Shown: positions 30,251 to 39,376 of the stretch, piece by piece
Position numbering within the stretch: position 1 is the first letter of the stretch
How the letters are laid out: every line of letters begins with the position of its first letter
Assembly (NCBI GenBank): GCA_947452315.1
Contig: CANGCX010000005.1
Span: forward strand, 6,294-70,293
Length of the DNA: 64,000 nt
From: Opitutia bacterium
GTDB lineage: Bacteria; Verrucomicrobiota; Verrucomicrobiia; Opitutales; Opitutaceae
Direction: 5' to 3'
Program-made: the position numbers and the translations under genes
Notes under the pieces: generated by a model
The model's input: the letters and a program-made list of their open reading frames with translations, nothing else
Told to the model about the DNA's origin: nothing
Database searches by the model: none

Positions 30251-30667
30251 ATGCAAGACTTGGAGTTCGAAGAAATCGTCACACTCATATGCAAGGAAGA
30301 TACGCGCTTTGATAAAAAGGCTTACGGTTTTGTGCGCCAAGGGCTTGATCACACGGTGAAGGAGCTGCGCAAAAAAGAAACAACTCGCGCCGAACGCTCG
30401 CGCCATGTCTCTGGGCCTGAGCTTTTACAGGGAATCCGGGTTTACGCGCTTGAGCAATACGGTCCACTTACCAAGACGGTGCTTAACGCATGGGGCGTGA
30501 AACGTTGTCGCGATTTCGGCGATATTGTTTTCAGTCTAATCGAGTATAATGTCTTCTCCAAAACGGAGAATGACCGCCCGGAAGATTTTTCGGATGTTTA
30601 CACATTTGATGAGGCTTTCGTGCGTCCGTTTCAGCCGACGAAACGTCGGGCGGTTAAGGCGGAATAA
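30251..30667 (+). CDS. Conserved hypothetical protein (138 aa), resembling a small PVC-restricted family (Minf_1886-like, uncertain)
   Basis: ATG at 30251 (MQDLEFEEIV...). The sequence is compact, globular and acidic/basic mixed, with no catalytic motif recognised. The family assignment is from memory only. Confidence 0.4.
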   Translation: MQDLEFEEIVTLICKEDTRFDKKAYGFVRQGLDHTVKELRKKETTRAERSRHVSGPELLQGIRVYALEQYGPLTKTVLNAWGVKRCRDFGDIVFSLIEYNVFSKTENDRPEDFSDVYTFDEAFVRPFQPTKRRAVKAE

Positions 30668-30756
30668 TCTGATCGGTGGCCCGTTCTTATAACGGGCGCG
30701 GAGCTTTGGGATATAGCCATTACTGGCGAACCTACTAACTTATATCTTTAATTTTG

Positions 30757-33330
30757 ATGCCAAAATCCACTTCTTCACTCGCCACGGACTTAAAGCTTTT
30801 GTCGCCGTTTTGGCGTGAATCCGTCGAGCGTACAGTGTTGCCGAATGGGCTGACGCTGATCCTAAAACCTGATCGCTCGGCTGCGCTGGCCTCGGTGCAG
30901 GTTTGGGTGAAAACAGGAAGTATTCACGAAGGCGAACACCTAGGCGCGGGACTTTCGCACTATCTCGAACACATGTTGTTCAAGGGTACGACGCGTCGGG
31001 CAGGTCGGGAAATCTCCGCCGAGGTCCAAGCTCACGGCGGTTACATCAACGCCTACACGACGTTTGATCGCACGGTGTATTACATTGATTTGCCGAGTGA
31101 ACATACGGGCGTGGCGATCGATTTGCTCGCTGACGCGGTACTTCATTCAACCCTGCCGGCTGATGAAGCGGCGAAGGAGAAAGAAGTGATTTTACGTGAG
31201 ATTGCGATGACTAAGGACGATCCAGACAGTCGACTTTGGGACGCGCTTTTTTCCACTGCTTTCCGTGACCATCCATATCGACAACCGATCATTGGCCATC
31301 AGGACGTTTTCTCCGCGGTCTCGCACGAGGATTTGCTCGCTTATTATCGAGCCCGTTACGTGCCCAATAATCTGGTAGTCGTTATCGTGGGCGATATCGA
31401 TATGGCGGCGACGCGGGCGCAGGTGGAGCAACATTTTGGGTCGGCACCGCGTGTGCGTCTGGCGCCCGTGCTCGTTCCGCAGGAGTCGGGTCAGCTCGCG
31501 CCGCGAGAATTGCATCGCAATGAAAACATTGAGCTCACACGAGGTGCACTGGCGTGGCCGATACCTGGTCTCACGCACGCGGATGCGCCTATGCTCGACT
31601 TGCTTGCCACGGTGCTAGGGGGTGGCGACAGCTCGGTATTGTGGCAGGAAATTCGCGAAAAAGCCGGACTGGTGCACTCGATTGACGCCTCGAGTTGGAA
31701 TCCTGGAACGAGTGGTCTTTTTTGCATCGGCTTTACCGCAGATCCTTCGAAACGCCTTGCCGCCACGCGGGCTATAGCCGCGACACTAGCGCGGTGCGCG
31801 ATCAAAGGTTTCACGCCGGCTCAGTTGCGCAAGGCGATGAGGCAGGTTGTGGTCGGCGAAATTAATACTCGCAAAACGATGAGCGGACAGGCTTCGCGGC
31901 TAGGAGCAGCGGAAGTTGTCGTCGGCGATATTGATTACAGTCGCGCGTATTTCGAGCGTTTGCGCGCGGTGACACCTGCTGACTTGAAGCGCGTGTTGAA
32001 AATATACCTCCAGTCAGCGCGGCTCACGTCGATTTCGCTGAATCCGATCGAGCTAGCGGTGCAAGCGATAGCTGCCGCGCCCGCGCTAGCGGTGCGGCCG
32101 GATTTTTCGGAAATCACCCTGCCTAACGGGGCTCGCTTATTGCTTCAGCCGGATGCGCATTTGCCGAATCTGCATCTGCGTCTCGCCGTCACGGGTGGGC
32201 CTTTGTTTGAGGTAGTTGGCCAACGAGGAGCGAGCTCGTTGTTGTCGACTCTGCTCACGAAGGATGCAGGGAAGCGCACGGCCGCTCAGGTTGCTCAATT
32301 TATCGAGGAAGTCGGTGGCTCTTTTTATCCTCTTGCTGGGAACAATAGTCTCGGGGTCGCGGCGGAAGTGTTGCCGCCCGATTTTGAGCGGGCGCTGGCT
32401 GTCATCTCGGATGCGGTGCTCGCGCCTAAGTTCAAGCCAGCGACGTTTAAGCTGGAGCAAGAGGCCCAGTTAGCGGGGCTTGCGCAGGACGCAGATGATG
32501 TGGTGACCGTGGCGCGCAAGCTCACCCGGCGGAAATTTTTCGGCGCCCATCCATTAGCGCTTGATGCGAGTGGCGATGAAGCGGGGGTTAAAGCACTGAC
32601 TCCAGCCGCTTTGAAGTCGTTGCATCAGCGATTGTTTGTTGGACCCAACGTAGTGTTGGCGGTAGCGGGCGACTTTGATTCGAAGCAACTGGTGCCAAAA
32701 TTGAACGCATTTTTGACGAAGCTTCCGCGGGGTGTTGCGCCTCTGATTCCAAAGGAGCCGGCGAGGGGTGGGCTACCGGCGGAAGTGGGTGACTTTGTGG
32801 AGCAACAACCGCGTGAACAGGCGGTGGTATTGCAGGCTTTTCCCGGGCCGCGAGTACATGCACCAGATTATTTTGTCGGAGAGGTGGCAGATGAACTTTT
32901 TAGCGGTATGGCATCGCGGTTATTTGAACGTGTGCGTGAGGAAAAGGCCTTGGCGTATTTTGTGCGTTCCGGACGCATCTTAGGTCTGGATACTGGGATG
33001 TTTTATTTTTTTGCCGGTACGCAACCGGGTAAAGAAGGAGAGGTGCTTGCTGAGATCGACGCGGAGATTGCACGCGTGCAGGCAGGCGGAGTTGAGGCGG
33101 TGGAGTTGCAGCGGTGTCAGGCTAGACTGAAGGCGGGTCAGCGTGCGGCGATGCAGACGAATGGCTCGCGTGCGGCGCAGGCGAGTTTGAATGCGTTACA
33201 GGGGCAACCGATCAACGCGTGGCGCGAGTACGATGCGAAAATCGACGCGGTGACGATTGCAGATCTGGCGGCGTTTGCGCGGGAGTATTTTCAAAAAACC
33301 CGGCGTACGCAGGTCGTGGTGCGGCCTTGA
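30757..33330 (+). CDS. M16-family zinc peptidase, fused active + inactive halves (857 aa)
   Basis: Inverted zincin motif HYLEH followed by a downstream E (GGYINAYT region) in the first half. The second half is M16-like without HxxEH. Confidence 0.8.
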   Translation: MPKSTSSLATDLKLLSPFWRESVERTVLPNGLTLILKPDRSAALASVQVWVKTGSIHEGEHLGAGLSHYLEHMLFKGTTRRAGREISAEVQAHGGYINAYTTFDRTVYYIDLPSEHTGVAIDLLADAVLHSTLPADEAAKEKEVILREIAMTKDDPDSRLWDALFSTAFRDHPYRQPIIGHQDVFSAVSHEDLLAYYRARYVPNNLVVVIVGDIDMAATRAQVEQHFGSAPRVRLAPVLVPQESGQLAPRELHRNENIELTRGALAWPIPGLTHADAPMLDLLATVLGGGDSSVLWQEIREKAGLVHSIDASSWNPGTSGLFCIGFTADPSKRLAATRAIAATLARCAIKGFTPAQLRKAMRQVVVGEINTRKTMSGQASRLGAAEVVVGDIDYSRAYFERLRAVTPADLKRVLKIYLQSARLTSISLNPIELAVQAIAAAPALAVRPDFSEITLPNGARLLLQPDAHLPNLHLRLAVTGGPLFEVVGQRGASSLLSTLLTKDAGKRTAAQVAQFIEEVGGSFYPLAGNNSLGVAAEVLPPDFERALAVISDAVLAPKFKPATFKLEQEAQLAGLAQDADDVVTVARKLTRRKFFGAHPLALDASGDEAGVKALTPAALKSLHQRLFVGPNVVLAVAGDFDSKQLVPKLNAFLTKLPRGVAPLIPKEPARGGLPAEVGDFVEQQPREQAVVLQAFPGPRVHAPDYFVGEVADELFSGMASRLFERVREEKALAYFVRSGRILGLDTGMFYFFAGTQPGKEGEVLAEIDAEIARVQAGGVEAVELQRCQARLKAGQRAAMQTNGSRAAQASLNALQGQPINAWREYDAKIDAVTIADLAAFAREYFQKTRRTQVVVRP

Positions 33331-33339
33331 GGATCTGGT

Positions 33340-36201
33340 TCAGGGGGCCTCGTAAACTTCGATCAAGAGTAGGCCGGTGGGTGACGGAGGATTGGTGGCG
33401 TTTGGGGGCGTCGTGGCGGCGGCGGTTTGGATGCTATAGCCGCCAGCGGTAAACGGGCGGACGAGAGCAGCGTCTGCGCTGCCGTTTTTGAGCGAGAAAG
33501 CTCCAATGGCTGGGAAAGCAGCTGTAAGCGAAGGGCCACTACCGCCGGTGCTCCAGTTGTTGTTAGTGTCGAGATTTTGACCTGTGCTGGAAAGGACGGT
33601 CAGCGTGGGGTCCGGGAGCGTGCCGGGCACGCCTAGGTCGGCGAGTCCAGGGCCGATACCGCGAACAATGAGTGTGCGGGCTTGGTCGCCGGCGATCGTG
33701 ATGCCGGCGGTGATTAGGTCGCCAGGGTTACTCAAGCGTGCGAGAGTGGCGAGGTTGGTGAGGCGAGTGGCGTTCTTAGAGACGTCATACACTTCGGCAA
33801 TGACTTCGCCGGTGGTGCCGTTGATACCGCGAAATGTTGCGGTGTAGCCACCGGCGGGGAGGCTGAGCAGCACAGCGCAATCGGCGGTACCAGCGTTGAG
33901 CGCGAAAGCGCCAACGGATGCGGCAGCGGCGACGATGTTAGCGGAGTTGTTGGGGGATTTATCCCAGCCTTCGTTGGCTGCGAGGAGGGTATCGGCGTTG
34001 CCGGCGGGGCGGATTTCGAGGCGTGGGGCAGCTAGTACGCCATTGAGGCCAAAGGCCGTGAGGCCCGGGCCGACGCCACGGATGAGTAGGGTGGCAGGTT
34101 GGGTACCGGTGAGGTTAAAGCCGAAAGTGAGCGTATCGCCTGCGGCGGCGAGTTTGAGGCGGGTCGATAGGTTGGTGAGACGACCTGCGGTGGGAGCTTG
34201 GGTGCCGGCGACACGGGCGTTGAGCCAGGCGAGGACGCGGGCGTTGGCGTCGGCCAGAAAGTTCTGTTCAGCGTAGGCGACCCTGAGTTGCGCGGCTATA
34301 TCGGGGAGGCGAGATTTATAGGTGTTCGGCACAGCGGCGGCTAGGGCAGTGTCGGTGGGGATGGCTTTGACGTAGTAGTTGGAATCGATGAGGCCGGCAT
34401 TTTTGACGGCGTTCCAAACAGTGGTGGCGTCGCTGGTAGTGAAGGAGGAATTGGTGAGGCTTAGTGCGCGGAAGCGGCCGGGATGGACTGGGGCGGCGAC
34501 GTTGTTGATTACGGTTGAGGCAAGACCGCGGCCGGCGAGCAGAGCGCTGTTGTCTCGGGCGGTGGTGGCGCCAGTGGTATTTAGGGTGCTATCGTTATCA
34601 GCTAGGATGAAAAGCTCGGGGATGCGCGAGACGACCGCTTGGGTTTCTATGCCGGCGGCGCAGTAAAGGATGGTGCCGCGGATTGGTCGGGCGGGGGTGG
34701 CGTTAGCGAGAAGATCCGCGTAGCGGACAGCGGTGTCGGCGCCGGCGGCAAGTCCGAGAAGAAAGATAGGTCGAGTGGCGGGTAGTAGCCCGTCGGTGGC
34801 GAATTTATTGAGGGCAGCGACGTGGTTAAGAGTGTCGGGATTGGCGGCGAGCGTAGTTTGGCCGTTCCAGATTTGGGTGTTGCGGTTGACGCTGTTGAGG
34901 GCGGCAACGCCGTAACCGGCGGTTACGAGTTCGCGCAGGAGCAGGGCGGATTCGGGTTGGTTGAACCAATCGGAAGCGCTGCCGCCGCTGTCATGGAGTA
35001 GAAAAACCAGACCGATGGCGCCTGTGGGTATGTAGTACGACAGGGTGGTGCTGACGGTTGTGGGTGTGGTGGAGCCTTGGGCCGTGAATGGTTGGGGGTT
35101 GAACGCATTTAGGGTTACGGGCGTCCAAGTGGGAGCGGTTTTATAGGTGGCTGTGAGGGTGACGGGTGTATTGGGCAGGGTAATTTGGGTGTGGGCGAGT
35201 AGGGGAGTGACGGCGCCATTGCCGAAGACTGAGGTGTCGCCAGTCCAGCGATCGAAGACTTGGCCGGCTGCGGGGGTTGCGGCGAAAATATCAATACGGG
35301 TACCTCCGGGGTAGGTGCCGCTGCCGTACCCGCCGTTGATGGTGAGGAGTGTGTTGGGCCCGCTGCCTTGCACGACGACAAAGGTGCGCACGGTAACTGG
35401 AAGTTGAAGGGAGGTGAAGGTGACAACACAGGTGAGTTCTTTAACGCCAGCGTCGCCGGGAATGAAAGTGATCTGATTGGTGTTGGCGCCTGCAGTGATG
35501 CGCGAAGCAGTGCCGGTGATGGTCCAGCGGAAGGTGCGGTCGGCGTTTTCAGCCGCTGGGAGGCTGGCGGTGCTCGTGGCCGTGGTAGCAGAGGCAGCGG
35601 TGGCTGGGGTTGTTATGGTGCCGACTTTGGAGGGGTCTACGACGGTGAGATCAGCGGTGGCGGTGAAAGGTTGGCTGCCGGTGACTGTGACGACGCAACT
35701 CAGTTTAACTGTGCCACCAATGTCAGAGATATAATTGATGGTAGCGCGGGTAAGGTCGGTGTCGGTGAAGCGGCCGCCGCTGATCGACCAGAGGTACGTG
35801 GCGTTGTTTAAGTTCGCCGCGCCACCGCCGCCACCCCCACCTGCATTAGGGATGACGACGGCGGCGGAAGATTCATCACCGGCCAGAACAGCCGCTGGCG
35901 CTACGATACGTGGGTCGGTCGCGGTTGGTATAGTGCCCCCGCCCCCGCCGCCACCCGCGCCGCCGCCACCTGCAGCGGGGAGGGTGATGGTGGTTCCGTT
36001 GGGTAAAGTAACGGTGCCATCGGCGTTGATTTTAGCGGTGGCTCCGTTGGGTAGGGTGACGGTCCCGTCGTTATTAATGACCACCCGGCCTACCCCGGGC
36101 ACGTTAACGGCATTGCCTCCAGCTTGCGCGTGGAGAGTGAGACTTAGGGCGGGTAATAATAGGCAAAACCCGATTAGACGCGCGAAATAGAATATGCTCA
36201 T
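33340..36201 (-). CDS. Large secreted multidomain protein (953 aa): Gly-runs, Ig-like repeats, InlB-B-repeat-like unit, hydrolase-like core, duplicated C-terminal module
   Basis: Signal peptide from the ATG at 36201 (MSIFYFARLIGFCLLLPALSLTLHA). DGTVTLPNG occurs twice, with G7-G12 runs. Other elements are TINGGYGSGTYPGG...FDRWTGD, an alpha/beta-fold-like VFLLHDSGG...FLLGLAAGAD region, and two RLTNL...RG[VI]GPGL...EVY modules. Confidence 0.6.
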   Translation of the reverse strand: MSIFYFARLIGFCLLLPALSLTLHAQAGGNAVNVPGVGRVVINNDGTVTLPNGATAKINADGTVTLPNGTTITLPAAGGGGAGGGGGGGTIPTATDPRIVAPAAVLAGDESSAAVVIPNAGGGGGGGAANLNNATYLWSISGGRFTDTDLTRATINYISDIGGTVKLSCVVTVTGSQPFTATADLTVVDPSKVGTITTPATAASATTATSTASLPAAENADRTFRWTITGTASRITAGANTNQITFIPGDAGVKELTCVVTFTSLQLPVTVRTFVVVQGSGPNTLLTINGGYGSGTYPGGTRIDIFAATPAAGQVFDRWTGDTSVFGNGAVTPLLAHTQITLPNTPVTLTATYKTAPTWTPVTLNAFNPQPFTAQGSTTPTTVSTTLSYYIPTGAIGLVFLLHDSGGSASDWFNQPESALLLRELVTAGYGVAALNSVNRNTQIWNGQTTLAANPDTLNHVAALNKFATDGLLPATRPIFLLGLAAGADTAVRYADLLANATPARPIRGTILYCAAGIETQAVVSRIPELFILADNDSTLNTTGATTARDNSALLAGRGLASTVINNVAAPVHPGRFRALSLTNSSFTTSDATTVWNAVKNAGLIDSNYYVKAIPTDTALAAAVPNTYKSRLPDIAAQLRVAYAEQNFLADANARVLAWLNARVAGTQAPTAGRLTNLSTRLKLAAAGDTLTFGFNLTGTQPATLLIRGVGPGLTAFGLNGVLAAPRLEIRPAGNADTLLAANEGWDKSPNNSANIVAAAASVGAFALNAGTADCAVLLSLPAGGYTATFRGINGTTGEVIAEVYDVSKNATRLTNLATLARLSNPGDLITAGITIAGDQARTLIVRGIGPGLADLGVPGTLPDPTLTVLSSTGQNLDTNNNWSTGGSGPSLTAAFPAIGAFSLKNGSADAALVRPFTAGGYSIQTAAATTPPNATNPPSPTGLLLIEVYEAP
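33349..34185 (-). repeat. Tandem duplication of a ~135-aa protein module inside the 953-aa protein
   Basis: Module 1 spans nt 33781-34185 and module 2 spans nt 33349-33768. Both share RLTNL, TL[LI][IV]RG[VI]GPGL, N..W, GAF[AS]L..G[TS]AD.A, AGGY and [IL].EVY[DE] in the same order. Confidence 0.7.
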
Positions 36202-36267
36202 AGGGCGAAAGACCAATCGCTGAGACGCAATAACGTAAGATAGGTTACTTGTGAGAACCGACTTACT

Positions 36268-38685
36268 TCAAAAAATGCGATCAAGCCAAGTCGTGAGATC
36301 GTCGTCGTCGATTAGATTTTGACCGAATTGGTAGTCAGGCGCAAGAAGCTGAGCGTAGCTGACCTCGGCGAAGCGGCGGCAATGCAGAAGGATGCGAGCG
36401 CGTTGACCGGGAGCGCGCACGAGGCGGCCTAGAGCTTGGTTAACTTTAGCCATACCCGGAATCTGGTAGACGCGACGAAACGCGGCTTCACGGCCGAGAT
36501 TCGCGTATTCGGCGAGGCGGGCGCGTTGGATGGCGTTGACCTCGGGCAGCGCGGGACCGACCACCATAGCGTGGCTCACACGACCGCCGAGCAGATCGAT
36601 GCTTTCGGCGAAACTAGACCCAAGGACCAAAAACAATGCATCGGTGAGCGCGAGGGATTCTTCGACCCAGGCGGTTTGAGCAGCGAGGTCAGTGAGGCGG
36701 GGCTGAAGCGCAACTCGTAGGCCGGGGTGTGAGCGGGTTAATTCGCGGGTTAGGGTTTCAGCGTACGCGTAACTGGGAAAGAAAACTGCGACGCAACGCG
36801 CGGCGGCTGCCTCGTGCAGTGCGGCGATAGTGGCGGCAGTGGTGGCATGATGGCGGGTGCGCTCACGGAAAGACGTGTCGACCCGAAGGTCGTAGGCGAG
36901 GTCGTAGGCGCCGGCACGCCAGGGCGTATGGGCGGTAAGAGAAACGATAGGTGGAGGTTCGTTCGGCGTAGTCGATAAGCCTATCGCATCGGCAAACGCA
37001 TCGGTGGGGCTGAGGGTGGCGCTGGCAAGGACGATGCCACCAAAAGCGCGAAGCGTTTCGCCGAGGGCGTCGGCCGCATCGAGGCAGGTGAAGGAAAGTT
37101 CGGCAGGGCGAGGCGACCAAAGGAGTTTACGCAGAAGCGGATTGGCGAGCCAGTCGGAGAGAGGCGGCGTGGCCCATAGGAGTTCGGCGAAATGAGGGCC
37201 GAGAGCAGCGGAATCGATCGGCTCTTGGGCGAGCGTTGTCGCGAGAGTCGCTAGAGTGTCTGCGACATCGGCCTCCAGGGCGGGGTCAAGTACATCGGCA
37301 GCGGGGAGCGCAGACAGAAGTAGCGTCCAGCTTTCCCATGCTCTTAGTAGGTTTTTAGAGACGCGTAGGTGATCAAGTTCGGTGAGTAGCGCTCGAGCGT
37401 CGGTAGCGTTGACATGATGCGAGTACGCGTCAGCCACACGCGTTGGGAGGTTGTGAGCTTCGTCGACCAAGAGCAGCGTACGCGCCGGATCGAAGCCGGG
37501 TTGATTGTAAAACAACGTCCGATTCGAGGGCGCGAAGACGTAGTTGTAATCGCCGATCCAGACGTCGTTGAAAGCGAGGGCGGCTCGAGTGATTTCGTAA
37601 GGACAGATACGCTCGGCTTGTCCGGCGGCGCGGAGCGTGGGAAGATCGCGGGCTTGGTTTTCGAAAAGGTAAAAGCGAGAGAGGCCGCTCGTGGACCAAC
37701 GTGTTTCTAGGTCGGCTAAGTACGCGCACGAATCGCGGTGACAGTGGAAGGTGTGATTAACGCAGTGTTCGGATTTATTGCGCACATGCCAGATGGCCAC
37801 GGGCGTGGTGGCGGTAGGGTTAGCGGCAGCGGCGGTGGTGGTCGTAGCAGAGGGTGCAACCATCGGCGTCATTGCCGCGAGGGTGCGCACGACTTGGAGT
37901 TGGCCCGTGGATTTGCTGGTGAGGTAGAGTATGCGGTCGAAGTGACCGGTACGGAGTTGGCCGAGGGCGAACTCGAGCAGGACGCCAGTTTTACCGAAAC
38001 CGGTTGGGGCTTCGAAAAGTATTGCGGGATGGCGCTCGAAGGCGGAGGTGAGTTCGACGGCCGTGGTTTCTTGACCGGGGCGCGGCGTGGTGAAAGCGGG
38101 ACGGTAATGAAGTTGCCTGAGTCGGGCTCGGGCGCGAAGACGGAGGTCGAGAAATTCAGTGAGACGCTCAAGCTGTACGCGGACGAGATTTTCGTCGGCA
38201 GGATTAAGCGCTAGGGTTTGCGCTAGGCCGGAACCCGTTTCGACAAAGACGAGTTGGGCGCTCAGGGTAAGGCGGTGCGAATCGAGGGCGCCGAGGCGGG
38301 CAAGCGCCACGTAGGTGGCGAGTTGAGCAAAATACGACGGGTAATCACGGCGAAGTTCCGTTTCATCGACAGGCAGCGGGCGGGTAACAGTCTTGATCTC
38401 GCGCAGGGTGAGTGCGGGAGTTTGTCGGAGAATTTGGTCGATGCGGCCGTTGAGAGTGATGGTCCATCCGCGGTGAAAAATGCGGCCTTCGATGTTGATT
38501 TCGAATTCAGCAATTGCGCCGAATTCAGCGGTGGCTTGGGTGCGAAGTTGTTGATGCCAGTAGGTGCCAAGTTGAGCGCGCCATAGGCCTTGCGGGCCAC
38601 CAGAATTGTCACGAGGACCGAGTGTGAAATCGGAAAACTCGCCGACGCTCAGGCGAGCGGTGCGGGCGTCGAGGGAGTATTCCAT
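36268..38685 (-). CDS. PD-(D/E)xK nuclease domain fused to XPD/DinG-family Fe-S SF2 helicase (805 aa)
   Basis: Nuclease motifs: GRID (D83), LREIKT (E96, K98), QLATY (Q121, Y125). Helicase motifs: APTGFGKT (226-233), four Cys between motifs I and II (C308, C315, C320, C361), VDEAHN (DEAH box), and C-terminal helicase motifs. Confidence 0.75.
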   Translation of the reverse strand: MEYSLDARTARLSVGEFSDFTLGPRDNSGGPQGLWRAQLGTYWHQQLRTQATAEFGAIAEFEINIEGRIFHRGWTITLNGRIDQILRQTPALTLREIKTVTRPLPVDETELRRDYPSYFAQLATYVALARLGALDSHRLTLSAQLVFVETGSGLAQTLALNPADENLVRVQLERLTEFLDLRLRARARLRQLHYRPAFTTPRPGQETTAVELTSAFERHPAILFEAPTGFGKTGVLLEFALGQLRTGHFDRILYLTSKSTGQLQVVRTLAAMTPMVAPSATTTTAAAANPTATTPVAIWHVRNKSEHCVNHTFHCHRDSCAYLADLETRWSTSGLSRFYLFENQARDLPTLRAAGQAERICPYEITRAALAFNDVWIGDYNYVFAPSNRTLFYNQPGFDPARTLLLVDEAHNLPTRVADAYSHHVNATDARALLTELDHLRVSKNLLRAWESWTLLLSALPAADVLDPALEADVADTLATLATTLAQEPIDSAALGPHFAELLWATPPLSDWLANPLLRKLLWSPRPAELSFTCLDAADALGETLRAFGGIVLASATLSPTDAFADAIGLSTTPNEPPPIVSLTAHTPWRAGAYDLAYDLRVDTSFRERTRHHATTAATIAALHEAAAARCVAVFFPSYAYAETLTRELTRSHPGLRVALQPRLTDLAAQTAWVEESLALTDALFLVLGSSFAESIDLLGGRVSHAMVVGPALPEVNAIQRARLAEYANLGREAAFRRVYQIPGMAKVNQALGRLVRAPGQRARILLHCRRFAEVSYAQLLAPDYQFGQNLIDDDDLTTWLDRIF

Positions 38686-38713
38686 AATTCAGAAGACGGA
38701 TGTAGCTCGGTTT

Positions 38714-39331
38714 TTAATCGAGCAGGATTTCCGTTTGGTTACGTAGATAATTTTCTAAGTGCCGTGTGAGACGGGTACAGGCTTCAATGGGCGTGGTTTG
38801 GGTGGCGAGGGGTTGGTTAAGGAGCTCAATCGCGAGTGCTCGGTCGATAGTCGGCAGCGTGGGAAACCAATGTTGTTTGATGGGATAGCCCTCATCACGA
38901 GCGAAACAGTAGAGGCTTTTGAAGTAAACAATCTCAGCCTTAGCCTCGGAGCTAAACGCGGCTAGGGCGGTCCGGAGAAGGGTCGCTACGGCCGCGCGGC
39001 TGTCTTCATGCACGGGATTGCGGGCGATCAATGTTGTGAACGTACTGGCGAGACTGAGCGTGGTATAACTGCGACCGATCCCAGCAGGACGATTGAGGAG
39101 GCGCACTTCCTTGATGAACCAAGATGAACCCTGGTTGGAGGATTCTAGTGATAGTGCAACTTCGTCAAAAAGATCGAGCGCGAGGGAGTTGGACGTATTT
39201 TTTTTGGGGAGACGTTGCAACGCGAGCACATTGCCGTGTTCGCTGGAAAACAGCGTAAACGTTTGAAACGCATCGGAGGGTGGACGCTTCGAGAGTACGA
39301 AGGCGTCGGTTTGGAGGAGACGGCCGGACAT
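38714..39331 (-). CDS. recO: DNA repair protein RecO (no zinc finger)
   Basis: The N-terminal OB-fold pattern DAFVLSKRPPSDAFQTFTLFSSEHGNVLALQR resembles E. coli [33 protein letters not shown]. The size and its position downstream of ybeY are typical for recO. Confidence 0.6.
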   Translation of the reverse strand: MSGRLLQTDAFVLSKRPPSDAFQTFTLFSSEHGNVLALQRLPKKNTSNSLALDLFDEVALSLESSNQGSSWFIKEVRLLNRPAGIGRSYTTLSLASTFTTLIARNPVHEDSRAAVATLLRTALAAFSSEAKAEIVYFKSLYCFARDEGYPIKQHWFPTLPTIDRALAIELLNQPLATQTTPIEACTRLTRHLENYLRNQTEILLD

Positions 39332-39376
39332 GTGTGAAGGTCCGCGCGTGGTAAAGCGGCCGCAGCGTCGGGGTAA

